DNA from: an uncultured Hyphomicrobiales bacterium
GTDB lineage: Bacteria > Bacteroidota > Ignavibacteria > Kapaibacteriales > UBA2268
Assembly (NCBI GenBank): GCA_964524325.1
Contig: CAZGCT010000001.1
Span: 172,164-236,163 of the forward strand
Length of the DNA stretch: 64,000 bases
Direction of reading: 5' to 3'
Of the stretch, positions 1 to 10,571 are shown one piece after another. Under the pieces are notes generated by a model. That model was not told where the DNA came from. It ran no database searches and was given only the letters and a program-made list of their open reading frames with translations. Position numbers and translations under genes: made by a program. The first letter of the stretch is position 1. Every line of letters starts with the position of its first letter.

Positions 1-190
1 AAGCTTTGAAGTTTGTAAATTGATTTTACAAAACTTTTGTCTTGGGTTATTTTGTTTTTGTTTATTTAATTATCTAAAAAGAGGTGCTTTGGACAATAAG
101 TTGAATTGTTTCGATTGTTATAATTAGGTTTAAATTTATAATTACTCACTAAGTAATATTTTCAGTTCCATAAAAATATATTCAAAAAAA

Positions 191-1549
191 ATGAAGGTAT
201 TTAGGGAATTATTCTGGAATAAGTATAGATTTATATTATTATTATTCATTTTTGTTTGTGGTAATGTATTTTTTACTATTGCACAAGAGAAGAATGCAAT
301 TCTCGATAGAAACAATCCAATAGTAAGATTTATTCGTGTTTATGGAGAAAAGGGTGAAACTGAACCACCTATTATATCAATCGCAGACGAAAGAACTACC
401 GCGAGTAGCGGGCTTCAGAGTAATAAGCTAATTATTGAGTTTGATGTTTTTGCTAATGTCCCACCAAATTTGTTTGCACGTTTTTACCATTGCTCTTACG
501 ACTGGAAAGAAGATGAAAACATTTTTATTAACGATGCTACAACCAATCGAACAAGCAATATTTTTTGGGAATCAGCTCCTCTGAGCTCAAGATATTATAA
601 TTTTCGTGGAAAAATTATTATACCAAATGAGCAAGTCAAATTTAAATATTCAGGAAATTGGAAAGTAAAACTATTTGATTATTCCAATCCAAATAAAGTT
701 CTTGCCGAATCTAGATTTTTTGTTGTCAACAACATAGTCTCTACAGAATTGAGATTTTATTCCAATTTTTATAAGCCAGAGAGAAATGTTACTGCTTCTG
801 CTTTCGATATCGAAGCAGTTGTAACCGACAAAAAATCGTCTAAACTGATTGAAAACTTTGTCCACACCGTAGTTTTATATAGAAATCAAAGATGGTACGA
901 ACCTTTTTTTGTTTCCCAATATTCAGGACAATTCAATTTAGGTGGCTTTTTTAAAAGTTCAACATCCATTTATGGTTTCCTTCTCGGAGGTAAAGTATTC
1001 CGCATAGAATCCATACCGGCAGAAAATGGCTACCGAGTGTTGGACTTGACAAATTTGGCTCAGTTCCCTTCGATGAATATTCCCATTCGTTTGCCTTTAT
1101 CCGACTACAGGCGAAGAGGAAGTTACTTCGAATTTCACGACGACGGGGCTATGGTATCTTCTTTTGTTACTCCAATTTACGATGATTATATTTATTTAGA
1201 ATTTACACTTGATCCCGAAGGGTGGGAAACTACCAAAGATGTTTTTTTAGTTGGTTCTTTTAATAATTGGCTTCCAACTCGTGAATGGCAAATGTATTAC
1301 GACGAAAATGAAAGACTTTACAAACTTCGACAATGGGTTAGAAGGGCAAGACATAATTATCTTTATGGTACTGCAAACTACGACGATTCAGGGAACATTG
1401 TAAATCTCTTTTACGATGAGTTCGAAGGAAATACAGTGACAAGCGGACATACTTTTTTTGCCTTTGTTTATTACCGAAATCCCGGGTTCGGTGGATACGA
1501 TGAAATTGTTGGCTTTTCCCGTGGTAATTTTTTTTCATCTGGAAGATAA
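191..1549 (+). CDS. hypothetical secreted protein with CBM48/AMPK-beta-like glycogen-binding-type beta-sandwich segment
   Basis: The N-terminal hydrophobic signal-like stretch FILLLFIFVCGNVFFTIAQ is present. Near the C-terminus, VFLVGSFNNWLPTREWQMYYDE resembles the conserved core of CBM48/isoamylase-N domains. There are no catalytic motifs. Confidence 0.45.
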   Translation: MKVFRELFWNKYRFILLLFIFVCGNVFFTIAQEKNAILDRNNPIVRFIRVYGEKGETEPPIISIADERTTASSGLQSNKLIIEFDVFANVPPNLFARFYHCSYDWKEDENIFINDATTNRTSNIFWESAPLSSRYYNFRGKIIIPNEQVKFKYSGNWKVKLFDYSNPNKVLAESRFFVVNNIVSTELRFYSNFYKPERNVTASAFDIEAVVTDKKSSKLIENFVHTVVLYRNQRWYEPFFVSQYSGQFNLGGFFKSSTSIYGFLLGGKVFRIESIPAENGYRVLDLTNLAQFPSMNIPIRLPLSDYRRRGSYFEFHDDGAMVSSFVTPIYDDYIYLEFTLDPEGWETTKDVFLVGSFNNWLPTREWQMYYDENERLYKLRQWVRRARHNYLYGTANYDDSGNIVNLFYDEFEGNTVTSGHTFFAFVYYRNPGFGGYDEIVGFSRGNFFSSGR

Positions 1550-1562
1550 ATGAATATTTTGT

Positions 1563-2111
1563 ATGGAACAAACAAAGAGACTCTTCGTAGGAACTTTTCT
1601 CCAAACAGAAAAACTTTTGACAGAATATCCAAACATTAAAAAAGAATTTCAAACCGCAATTTCAGGAAAGTGGGTCGAAGAGTATAACCTTCATTTTACT
1701 TATCATTTTCTGGGAAATGTAGATAGCAAAACTATCCCGTTTCTTCGTGATGAACTTTCCCCAATTTTGAAGGAGTATAAAAGCATGTTAGCTTTGAAAG
1801 GCCTTGGATGTTTTCCATCGCTTCGTTCACCAAGGGTTCTTTTCGTCAATCTCAGAGATGAAAAACGCATTCTCAAAGATATTCACGCAGATTGTGCAAA
1901 AGTGCTCGATAAATTTAACATTGAATTGGAACGAAGGGAATTTCATCCACATCTTACTTTGATTAGAATTAAAACATTTAAAATTGGATTGTTTCAAAGA
2001 ATTATGGAAAAGTACTTTAACTTAGATTTAGGAACAATCGATACATTTCGTGTTAGCCTTATCGAAAGTCAACTCACTAGAGATGGTCCAATCTACAAAA
2101 CAGTAGAGTAG
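1563..2111 (+). CDS. thpR: RNA 2',3'-cyclic phosphodiesterase (2H phosphoesterase, LigT/ThpR family)
   Basis: The protein is about 180 aa and carries two H-x-T/S-x motifs, HFTY and HPHLTL, spaced as in LigT. Confidence 0.7.
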   Translation: MEQTKRLFVGTFLQTEKLLTEYPNIKKEFQTAISGKWVEEYNLHFTYHFLGNVDSKTIPFLRDELSPILKEYKSMLALKGLGCFPSLRSPRVLFVNLRDEKRILKDIHADCAKVLDKFNIELERREFHPHLTLIRIKTFKIGLFQRIMEKYFNLDLGTIDTFRVSLIESQLTRDGPIYKTVE

Positions 2112-3119
2112 TTAGGTTAAAGCCATTGCAAATTCTTTTAGCTTTTCTGGGACATCTAAACTGCTTGTTTTTGCACTATCGACTGCAACTTCTAATGGTA
2201 AACGGACTGGGTCTTCACCAGGCCTAAAGCAAGTGTAAAAAGCACTTTCTACTCCTTCAAATGCTTCTTTGACCATAACAAATCCCAGCCAACTTGCTGT
2301 AATAATATCTTTAACTGCAGCTTTTCCACCTCTTTGGAAATAACCCATATCAACATGTCTAATTTCATGTTTAATATTCCTACGGGAGAAAATTTCTTCC
2401 AAAATCTTACGTATTTCATCTGCTGTTTTGGGGTAGCCTTCGGCAACAATAATTCTAGAGTCGCGATCCCTATCACTAATTAAATTAACTAATTGCTCGA
2501 AATTCACATTGTCATTAGGAAGAATAATATGTTCTGCACCTGTTGCAACGCCTGCGTAAAATGCAAGAAAACCAGAATCTCGGCCCATTGATTCGATAAT
2601 ATATACCCGCCTATGGGCCGATGCAGTGTCTCGTATCCATTCCAGCATTTCGAGACTTTTGTCTATTGCACTGTAAAAGCCAATTGAGTAGCCATAATTA
2701 TTGCATACATCATTATCTATCGAACCTGGGGCAACCAATATTTTTGTTCTTAGTCCTTTTTCTTTAATGATATTATTCAATACATTTGCGGCGGCCAAAC
2801 TTCCGTTTCCTCCGATTATAAAAAGATAATCGAAATAATTGTCGTGGAGATTGAATGCGCACGCTTCCTGCATATCTCTATTATCTTTGAGTTCTGGTAC
2901 TCTTAGGGTACCAAGAATTGTTCCACCTTGGTGTGAAATTCCGGCAGTGTCTTTCTTGCTCAATTTCCTAAAATTCCCATTAATTAAGCCATGCCAACCA
3001 TCAATTACCCCCCAAACTGATGTAGCTGGTCTTAAGTTCAAGCAACTTCTAACTACTGCCCTTATGAAGGCATTCATTCCTGGTGAATCACCACCACCAG
3101 TCATTATTGCTACTTTCAT
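2112..3119 (-). CDS. pfkA: 6-phosphofructokinase
   Basis: MKVAIMTGGGDSPGMNA at the N-terminus, plus GSIDND and MGRDSG motifs, match PfkA. The GGDGS motif reads GGNGS here. Confidence 0.85.
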   Translation of the reverse strand: MKVAIMTGGGDSPGMNAFIRAVVRSCLNLRPATSVWGVIDGWHGLINGNFRKLSKKDTAGISHQGGTILGTLRVPELKDNRDMQEACAFNLHDNYFDYLFIIGGNGSLAAANVLNNIIKEKGLRTKILVAPGSIDNDVCNNYGYSIGFYSAIDKSLEMLEWIRDTASAHRRVYIIESMGRDSGFLAFYAGVATGAEHIILPNDNVNFEQLVNLISDRDRDSRIIVAEGYPKTADEIRKILEEIFSRRNIKHEIRHVDMGYFQRGGKAAVKDIITASWLGFVMVKEAFEGVESAFYTCFRPGEDPVRLPLEVAVDSAKTSSLDVPEKLKEFAMALT

Positions 3120-3143
3120 AGCACCTCTCTTTATGTTAAAAAT

Positions 3144-4046
3144 TTATAAGAAAAGGCTTACAAGAATTGCTAATATAAACAATATTAAAACAATTACCAA
3201 TAAATTTCTAATTTTTGTAGATAAACTTTCCTTGCTTGCTCTTAATTCATTAACATTTTGAAATAAAAGCCTTATCTCTTCTTTTAACTTTTCGGAACTC
3301 CCTTCTTTGCTTTGCAAGGTTGCTTCGGTTTGCTGCTCAAAATTTGTCAATATTTGGTCCAATTTAATGAACTTTTTGTTCAATTCTTCTGAAAATTCAG
3401 AAAATCTTCCCTCAATTCGTTGTCTTTCTTCGTATATCATTTGACGTGCAGTTTGCAAATTTTCTTTAATTGTATCGAGTTCATCGTATAAAGCTTTGCT
3501 AAAACGAGAGCTTGTCACTGCTTGGTTAAATAGCTTTTGGTCGATGTTCGAAAGCTTCTCGTCGAGCGATTTAAATTTTAATGCATATTTAACTTCGAGC
3601 ATTTTGAGTGTTGAATCTGAATCTTCTTCAATTCTTTCCATTACACGACGACTATACGATTCAAATTCCATTTCTATTTTGTTTTCGAGTGTTTTTACAA
3701 TATTGTCCACTTGCAAAAGTTTAACTTTTAGCTCGGAGTGTAATTTGTATAAATCATTCCTAAGTTTCTCAATTTGTTCAAGATTCTGATAAACATTTTC
3801 GAATGTTGCTGTCTTTTGTTGAAACTCCGTAATAAATTCATTATAAGAGTTCTCTAGAAATTTTACTTTTTCTTCTAGCAAACTTGATATATTTTGGGCA
3901 AAGCTATCCAACTCGTTTAATTTTAAAATGATTTCTTGTTTTGTTTTTTCCAAAAAATCCAAGGCTTTCGAGTACTCAATTGCCTGTTTCTTTATTGTTT
4001 CGAATAATCCTTTGATTTCTGGGCTTATTGCTTTTGATTCTTCCAT
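3144..4046 (-). CDS. hypothetical coiled-coil protein with C-terminal transmembrane anchor
   Basis: The sequence is rich in E, K and L heptad-like repeats. The C-terminus, LLVIVLILFILAILVSLFL, is hydrophobic. Confidence 0.5.
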   Translation of the reverse strand: MEESKAISPEIKGLFETIKKQAIEYSKALDFLEKTKQEIILKLNELDSFAQNISSLLEEKVKFLENSYNEFITEFQQKTATFENVYQNLEQIEKLRNDLYKLHSELKVKLLQVDNIVKTLENKIEMEFESYSRRVMERIEEDSDSTLKMLEVKYALKFKSLDEKLSNIDQKLFNQAVTSSRFSKALYDELDTIKENLQTARQMIYEERQRIEGRFSEFSEELNKKFIKLDQILTNFEQQTEATLQSKEGSSEKLKEEIRLLFQNVNELRASKESLSTKIRNLLVIVLILFILAILVSLFL

Positions 4047-4279
4047 TGTTTTGTATAATCAATGAAAAATTGTAAACTTTCGCAAAGTTGTTCAAGAAAG
4101 TACTTTTCCAATAGGGTTACCTTTTCTGGTGAATTTTGTAAAAGTATCTCGTTTACGTCCTCTCGAAATTTTTCATTTTGTTCATAAAACTTTTTCCATT
4201 GGTTTTGGAGCAAATCCTCTAAAACACCCATTTCTGCTAGTTCTTCGAATATCCGCTTTGGTTTTATTTTTTTTTTCAA
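4025..4279 (-). CDS. hypothetical small protein
   Basis: This is an 84-aa ORF in the same orientation as its neighbours. It overlaps the upstream gene by 22 nt and has no recognisable motif. Confidence 0.3.
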   Translation of the reverse strand: MKKKIKPKRIFEELAEMGVLEDLLQNQWKKFYEQNEKFREDVNEILLQNSPEKVTLLEKYFLEQLCESLQFFIDYTKQWKNQKQ

Positions 4280-4288
4280 TTGTATCTT

Positions 4289-5479
4289 CTATATCAAATT
4301 CAAACCTTTTTCCAATCCAATTATTAAATCTTCAACATCTTCAATTCCAACAGAAAGACGCACCAACCCGTCGGTTATTCCAGCTTCTTTACGCAATTCC
4401 TTCGGCATACTTGTGTGGGTCATACTCGCAGGATGTTGAATTAATGATTCGACTCCCCCAAGGCTGACCGCAAGTTGCCATACCTCGACATTGTTCATCA
4501 ATACTTTTCCTGCTTCTAACCCTCCTTTTAACTCGAATGAAATAACACCGCCACCACCTTGGGATTGTTTCAAAGATAATTCATATTGAGGGTGTGATTT
4601 TAAATAAGGATACCACACTTTTTCGACTTTCGGACTCTTTTCTAAAAATTCAGCAATTTGTAATGCATTTTCGCAATGCTTTTTCATACGAAGTTCCAAT
4701 GTCTTTATTCCTCTGTGTACCAAGAAGGCATTGAATGGGTCGATAACACCACCAATGTGATTAGACATTTTTCTAAATAAACCATAATCTTCAGGGTTTT
4801 TTATTACAACAATCCCTGCAACTACATCGGCATGTCCGTTTAAAAATTTTGTCATACTATGAATAACAAAATCAGCTCCAAATTCAAAAGGTCTTTGCAA
4901 GATTGGACTCATAAATGTGTTATCGACTACAACTTTTGCGTTCCAGGAACGAGCCAATTCTGAAATTTTTTGTATGTCGCTAACAGAAAGAGTGGGATTG
5001 CCTGGGGTCTCGAAAAAAACCACTTTAGTGTTTTCGCGCATTACTTTTTCTACTTCTTGAATATCTGAGGTGTCGACAAAAGCAACCTCAATGCCAAATT
5101 TCGATAGGATTTGCGAAAGGAAGGTAGTTGTCGGTCCGTAAACTGAATTACCACAAACTACATGGTCTCCGCTATTAGTCAATGTAAGGAAAACAAGGCT
5201 TACGGCAGCCATCCCGCTTGCACATCCTATTGCCTTTGTACCTCCCTCCAATTCAGCAATTGCATCCTCCATAGCTTCAATTGTTGGATTTCTCATTCTA
5301 GTGTAGATAAAACCATCTTCCTCGCCCTTGAAAAGTCTTGCTCCATGTTCTGCGTCTTTAAATTTAAATGTTGAAGTTTGATAGATTGGAGGTACAACGG
5401 GACCAAATTCGTAATCCTTGATTCCAGAATGAACGCACTTTGTACCTAAACCCATTCCTTCATTCGTACTCATATCCAA
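4289..5479 (-). CDS. PLP-dependent Cys/Met-metabolism gamma-family enzyme, methionine gamma-lyase-like
   Basis: The length is about 396 aa. The PLP-lysine motif SMTKFLNGHADVVAG is present. The N-terminal Cys/Met-metabolism family signature is seen. Confidence 0.75.
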   Translation of the reverse strand: MDMSTNEGMGLGTKCVHSGIKDYEFGPVVPPIYQTSTFKFKDAEHGARLFKGEEDGFIYTRMRNPTIEAMEDAIAELEGGTKAIGCASGMAAVSLVFLTLTNSGDHVVCGNSVYGPTTTFLSQILSKFGIEVAFVDTSDIQEVEKVMRENTKVVFFETPGNPTLSVSDIQKISELARSWNAKVVVDNTFMSPILQRPFEFGADFVIHSMTKFLNGHADVVAGIVVIKNPEDYGLFRKMSNHIGGVIDPFNAFLVHRGIKTLELRMKKHCENALQIAEFLEKSPKVEKVWYPYLKSHPQYELSLKQSQGGGGVISFELKGGLEAGKVLMNNVEVWQLAVSLGGVESLIQHPASMTHTSMPKELRKEAGITDGLVRLSVGIEDVEDLIIGLEKGLNLI

Positions 5480-5687
5480 ATTTCTTCAATTTAAAAATGA
5501 AATTTAACTAATTAATTCCAAAAAGAAAAATTTGAATACAATATTAAATGAATTATAATTCCTCTCTTTATTTCTTTTCTTGAAAATTAGTTTAGAAAAA
5601 ATTTGCTTTCCCATCGAAAAACGGATTTCAGATAGTTTTTCTTCGTTCCTAAATAAAAGATAAATTTCAGCTACAGGAAATAAAGAA

Positions 5688-7169
5688 TCAATAATTATCT
5701 ATTTGTGCGCGTTGCAATCGATTTGAATAATCAATATAAACTGTTTTCCATTCGGTGAAAATATCGAACACAGTCCAACCACCTTCACGGTGCCCATTTC
5801 CAGTTCCTTTTACACCTCCAAAGGGCATATGGGCCTCAGCCCCAATTGTAGGTGCATTGATATAAGTAATACCAGCCTCGAGATCTCGAATTGAAACAAA
5901 TGCATTATTAATGTTTGTTGTATAAATAGAAGACGACAAGCCATAATCAACAGAATTCGCAAGTTCTATCGCATGCTCGAGCGATTCTGCTTTGCTAACA
6001 GAAAGTATGGGTCCGAATATTTCCTCTTTAAATAGTCGCATATCTGGCGTTACATCAACGAAAATAGTTGGTTCAAAAAAATAACCCTTTGCCAGCTCTC
6101 CTTCTGTAGCCCTTTTACCTCCGCAGACAAGGCGTGCTCCTTCTTTTAGACCTATTTCTACGTACTCTTCGCAAGTTCGAAGCTGTTGTTCATGAATTAC
6201 TGGTCCAACATCAGTATCTTGGTTCAGTCCATTTCCCAGTTTAAGTTTTTTTGTTCTATCGACAAGTCTTTCAATAAATGTATCGTATATATCTTTATGC
6301 AAAATAAGACGCGAAGTAGCTGTGCATCTTTGCCCAGTAGTTCCAAAAGCACCCCAAATTACACCATCGATGGCGATTTCCATGTTTGCATCGGGCATCA
6401 CTATCATAGGGTTTTTACCGCCCATTTCCAAAGAAACTTTTTTATTCAAGCGACCACAAATTTCTCCGAGCTTTGTTCCAATTTCTGTTGAGCCTGTAAA
6501 GCCGATAACCTTTACATCGGGATGTTCAACTAACATATTGCCCATATACCCTTTGCCAATAATAACGTTAAAAACGCCTGGGGGTAGACCTGCTTCGTCG
6601 AAGACTTCCGCAAAAACTACACCGCAATGTGGTACATCCTTTGAAGGTTTAAAAATAACAGTATTTCCAGCTGCCATTGCCGGAAGAATTTTCCACGAAG
6701 GAACTGCAATTGGGAAATTGAAAGCTGTTATCACACCGACAACTCCTATTGGTACTCTAAATGAAAGATTTGCTTTATCAGGTAATTCGCTTGGAGTATT
6801 GTGACCAAAGAGTCTTCTTGTTTCCGAAGCGGCGTAATAAGCTGTATCGATAGCTTCTTGAATATCACCTTTAGTCTCGAAAACGGGTTTCCCCATTTCT
6901 CGAGTCATTATCTTAGCAATTTCTTCCTTTCTTCTTGCGAAAATATCGCCGGCGCGCTTGATGATTTCTCCTCGCTTTGGTGCTGGCACAAGCTTCCATT
7001 TCTTAAAAGCTTCTTTGGCTGCTTGTACAGCAACATCGACATCTTCTTTTCCAGATTCGGGAAATTCCCCTATAATGTCATCAATATTAGCTGGGTTAAT
7101 ATTTAGGAAATACTTTCCGGATCTAGGTTCAACCCATTGACCATTGATATAATTTTTAAATCGTTCCAT
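5688..7169 (-). CDS. NAD(P)-dependent aldehyde dehydrogenase
   Basis: ALDH family motifs include the catalytic Cys region GQRCTA and ELGGK-like LEMGGKNP. The start is chosen at MERFKNY because it is preceded by a perfect GGAGGG Shine-Dalgarno site. The ORF track extends 17 codons further, to 7220. Confidence 0.8.
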   Translation of the reverse strand: MERFKNYINGQWVEPRSGKYFLNINPANIDDIIGEFPESGKEDVDVAVQAAKEAFKKWKLVPAPKRGEIIKRAGDIFARRKEEIAKIMTREMGKPVFETKGDIQEAIDTAYYAASETRRLFGHNTPSELPDKANLSFRVPIGVVGVITAFNFPIAVPSWKILPAMAAGNTVIFKPSKDVPHCGVVFAEVFDEAGLPPGVFNVIIGKGYMGNMLVEHPDVKVIGFTGSTEIGTKLGEICGRLNKKVSLEMGGKNPMIVMPDANMEIAIDGVIWGAFGTTGQRCTATSRLILHKDIYDTFIERLVDRTKKLKLGNGLNQDTDVGPVIHEQQLRTCEEYVEIGLKEGARLVCGGKRATEGELAKGYFFEPTIFVDVTPDMRLFKEEIFGPILSVSKAESLEHAIELANSVDYGLSSSIYTTNINNAFVSIRDLEAGITYINAPTIGAEAHMPFGGVKGTGNGHREGGWTVFDIFTEWKTVYIDYSNRLQRAQIDNY

Positions 7170-7257
7170 AAACCCTCCAAATAAATACAAGAAATAAGTT
7201 GAGTAAAAATTTAAAAGCAAAGTTAATTATATATTTTTTAATAGGGAACCAAAATAT

Positions 7258-7995
7258 TTAAAAATTATTAATGTATCCAAGTTGGGCAAGACTTGTAAAA
7301 TTACCTCCGGCAATAATCAAATGGTCCAATATAGGAATATCAATAAATTTGCTTGCTTCTACGAGTTTTTTGGTAATATTGATATCTTCTTCAGAGGGTG
7401 TACTGTTCCCTGAAGGGTGATTATGCACCAATATAATCGATGCTGCAGCCTCGGTTATTGCAAATCGGAAAACCTCACGTGGGTGCACTAAACTTGAGTT
7501 CAACGTACCTTGAGTGATAAGTTTTGTTTTAGTGATCCTGTTTGACGAATTCAAAAGAACGATATAAAATCTTTCTTGCATAACTCCTTGCAGCATTGGA
7601 ATAAAGTAATTAGCGACGTCTCTAGGTGAACGAAAAATGGGATTTTCTTCGAAGGTCGAGGTTTGGATTCTACGGGATATTTCAAATGCAGCGCAAAGTG
7701 TTATGGCTTTAGCAAGACCAATTCCTTTAATGCTTTTTAATTCGCTAATATCGCGCGAAGCAAGTTGGAATAAACTTTGAAATTTATCGAGGAGTGTTTT
7801 GCCAAGGTCAAGAGCAGATACGCTTTTAGTTCCTGAGGAAATGAGAATAGCCAATAGTTCAGAATCAGAAAGTGAGGATGGCCCATTCTTCAGAAGTCTC
7901 TCTCGAGGTCGTTCGTCGGCTCTCCATTCTTTTATGGATTTATAAGAGCTTTGTTTGTTGATAGGATATTCAGAATCATGCTTGACCTTTTCCAC
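7258..7995 (-). CDS. radC: RadC-family JAB/MPN domain protein
   Basis: An N-terminal helix-hairpin-helix-like region precedes the JAMM motif HNHPSGNSTPSEED. Confidence 0.8.
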   Translation of the reverse strand: MEKVKHDSEYPINKQSSYKSIKEWRADERPRERLLKNGPSSLSDSELLAILISSGTKSVSALDLGKTLLDKFQSLFQLASRDISELKSIKGIGLAKAITLCAAFEISRRIQTSTFEENPIFRSPRDVANYFIPMLQGVMQERFYIVLLNSSNRITKTKLITQGTLNSSLVHPREVFRFAITEAAASIILVHNHPSGNSTPSEEDINITKKLVEASKFIDIPILDHLIIAGGNFTSLAQLGYINNF

Positions 7996-9385
7996 GAAGC
8001 ACCAAAAAAATTGTTCTTAAAATTATTTCAATATCCAATTTCAAAGACATATTTTCTATATAGTAAAAATCGTCCTTGAGCCTGTTCTTTAGGTGCTCTA
8101 CGCTAATTTCAAAGAGTGGTGATTTTACTTGGTTCCAACCGGTAATACCGGGTGGAACAACTAAACGGCGCTTAAACATAGGCACCAATTTGTTGTAACT
8201 TTCTACAAAAACAGGTCGCTCTGGTCTAGGTCCAACTAAACTCATTTCGCCTTTCAAGACGTTCCAAAATTGGGGAACTTCGTCGATGTGTGTTTTACGC
8301 AAAAAAACACCAATGCGTGTGACTCGAGGATCGTTGAGTATAGTAGTCTTGGGCCCAGTTTTTTCCGCATCAACGTACATAGACCTAAATTTATAACAAA
8401 TAAAGATTTTACCGTTTTTACCAACTCGTTCTTGCTTGTATAATATTGGTCCTTTTGAGTCCAATTTTATTAATATGCTAATCAAAATCCAAAATGGTAA
8501 TCCAACAATTAAAACAATCAAGCTAACTAATATATCCAAAAGTCTTTTCAGAAAAGCCTCCCAGGGTCGGAGAAGTTGGATACTTATTTCGATTAACGGT
8601 ATCGAATACAAAGGAAATGTTTTAACTAAGCCAGTTAGAACATCATAAAGGTCTGGGACTATTTTTACAACTATTTGATGTTCAAAGCATTTGTTGGTAA
8701 TTTCTAATATCATTTCGTGGTCGGGTTTGTCGATTGCAATGAACAACTCCGAGGGGTGAATTTCTTTTAAAACTTGGTCAAGTTTATCGAAAGATAAAAC
8801 TGGTATTCCAAGGTCTTCTTCTAATTTGATATCATTCAATAGTATAATTGCTTTGACATTAAAGCCCCATTCTGGGTGTTTATAAACTTTCTTAAATAGT
8901 TCTAGAACTTCGTTTTTAGTACCAAGAATTACTACAGGTATTTGTATTATTTTCTTTTGACGGAGATATTTTTGAAGACGACGTGCAAAAAATCTACCCA
9001 AAAGTATTAGGAAGGTTATATTAATAAAGTAAAGTAGAAACAAAAGCCTTGGGCGTTGTGAACTATCTAAGAATACAAAAAAGAAAATAATAAAGTTGAA
9101 GAAAAAGGAAGCTTTTATCACTGCATAAAATTCGTCGAAAGGCGAACGCACGAACCAATTGCGATACAGCCCAGCAAAGAAAAAAGATACTAGCCAATAG
9201 ACCAAAAGTATAAGTCCAGTAATCAATGTATCGGTGAATGATGGTTGGATATCACTCTCGAACCAACCTGATTCGAAGCGAATATAATAATGGATAATAT
9301 AACTTAGGGAAATAGCAATAATGTCGAATACAATTTCAAAAAATATTGGAGACTTGCAATTTAATTTTTCCTTAAGACTTTTCAT
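7976..9385 (-). CDS. undecaprenyl-phosphate sugar phosphotransferase (WbaP/exopolysaccharide polyprenyl glycosylphosphotransferase family)
   Basis: A multi-TM N-terminus is followed by the C-terminal bacterial sugar-transferase motifs YKFRSM and GPRPERP. Confidence 0.8.
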   Translation of the reverse strand: MKSLKEKLNCKSPIFFEIVFDIIAISLSYIIHYYIRFESGWFESDIQPSFTDTLITGLILLVYWLVSFFFAGLYRNWFVRSPFDEFYAVIKASFFFNFIIFFFVFLDSSQRPRLLFLLYFINITFLILLGRFFARRLQKYLRQKKIIQIPVVILGTKNEVLELFKKVYKHPEWGFNVKAIILLNDIKLEEDLGIPVLSFDKLDQVLKEIHPSELFIAIDKPDHEMILEITNKCFEHQIVVKIVPDLYDVLTGLVKTFPLYSIPLIEISIQLLRPWEAFLKRLLDILVSLIVLIVGLPFWILISILIKLDSKGPILYKQERVGKNGKIFICYKFRSMYVDAEKTGPKTTILNDPRVTRIGVFLRKTHIDEVPQFWNVLKGEMSLVGPRPERPVFVESYNKLVPMFKRRLVVPPGITGWNQVKSPLFEISVEHLKNRLKDDFYYIENMSLKLDIEIILRTIFLVLRGKGQA

Positions 9386-10571
9386 TCTCGGTTACAAGTC
9401 CTTTAAGTGTCCAACTTGAGTTTTGCTTTCCCAAAAAAGCTCGAAAAATTCCAGCAATGCTTCCGGCTAATGAATAAAAAATATAAAGCGGGTAACTGAA
9501 TATTTTTAGCAACCTACCCCCAAGTTTATGATATATAAATCCCAGTAAAACAAGAAGAACAAACAAAACAAATATTGGGATAATTATGATTTTGGCAAGT
9601 TGGAATTTGACAAAAAAAGCAAGTATAATAACACATAATGTAAATATTGGGCTTAACCATCGTAGTAGTTTATGGGAAACAATAAATAATATATAGAAAG
9701 GATGGTACAGTAATTCTGGAACTGCCAAAATAGCAGATATTCCACCTGCAGAAAACCTCATTTTTCGGTGAAATTCTTTACCAATATCGATTCGTTTCCT
9801 TACGTCATAGGCAATTGCATCGGATGCTAAAATCATTCTTTTTCCTTGGGTGATTATTTTTAGAAGTGTAAAAAAGTCGTCGCATACCTTATCGTTTGGT
9901 ATTTGGGTGAATAATTCTTTTCTAATTGCATAACAGGGGCCATTGTTGTTCACAGTTGAGAATATCTCGCTTTCCAATTTCCGAAATATTTCAGAATACT
10001 TCTGCGTTTTTCTTTCCTTACTCGAATAATCTTTCTCCCCGAGGTTCAGAACATTAATTTGTGAAAGAACTCCACCTATGTTTTCATCATTGAAATATCT
10101 AACCAATTTATTCAACGATCCTTTTGCAAGCCTAATGTCTGCGTCGATAAAGACAATAATATCATTTTTGGCTTTTGGAACCAACTGATTTAATACGAAG
10201 TTTTTACCACGCCTTGGAAATATATGGTATTCAATAAAATCATATTCTTTCGAAATTTTCTCTAATATTTCGTTGGTTTTGTCTGTGGATCCATCGGAAC
10301 CAATAATGAATTGTACTTTCGATAAAGGATAACCAGAGTTGGTAATGGAATCCAAAAGTGGTAAGATGTTATTTTCTTCGTTGTGAACTGGGGTAATTAT
10401 CGAAATATTTGGCTCGAAATCCTCGCCTAAATTGATTTTTGCCCTAAATATTTTGCTAATTACGCTAAGTAACAATGGGTAAATTATGTAAGGATAAATT
10501 GTAAGAAAAACAAATGCTAAAAATAAAGTTTCAAGTGTTCCCATTTTAAAAGTCATCAAATCGGAAGACAA
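9372..10571 (-). CDS. family 2 glycosyltransferase with C-terminal membrane segments
   Basis: A GT-A fold N-terminus (ISIITPVHNEE, DAD) is followed by C-terminal TM helices. Confidence 0.7.
   Translation of the reverse strand: MSSDLMTFKMGTLETLFLAFVFLTIYPYIIYPLLLSVISKIFRAKINLGEDFEPNISIITPVHNEENNILPLLDSITNSGYPLSKVQFIIGSDGSTDKTNEILEKISKEYDFIEYHIFPRRGKNFVLNQLVPKAKNDIIVFIDADIRLAKGSLNKLVRYFNDENIGGVLSQINVLNLGEKDYSSKERKTQKYSEIFRKLESEIFSTVNNNGPCYAIRKELFTQIPNDKVCDDFFTLLKIITQGKRMILASDAIAYDVRKRIDIGKEFHRKMRFSAGGISAILAVPELLYHPFYILFIVSHKLLRWLSPIFTLCVIILAFFVKFQLAKIIIIPIFVLFVLLVLLGFIYHKLGGRLLKIFSYPLYIFYSLAGSIAGIFRAFLGKQNSSWTLKGLVTENEKS

Noticed and set aside
1-6. AAGCTT (HindIII site) at window start and again at 30725-30730 suggesting a cloning boundary
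   Set aside because: A 6-bp AT-rich palindrome is expected many times by chance in AT-rich DNA. It has no biological significance.
6322-6804. 160-aa plus-strand ORF and other antisense ORFs in the six-frame track (for example 2839-3261, 3496-3789, 14481-14702, 48453-48782, 58575-59438)
   Set aside because: These lie fully inside well-supported genes on the opposite strand. They have low-complexity or compositionally odd translations and are shadow ORFs.
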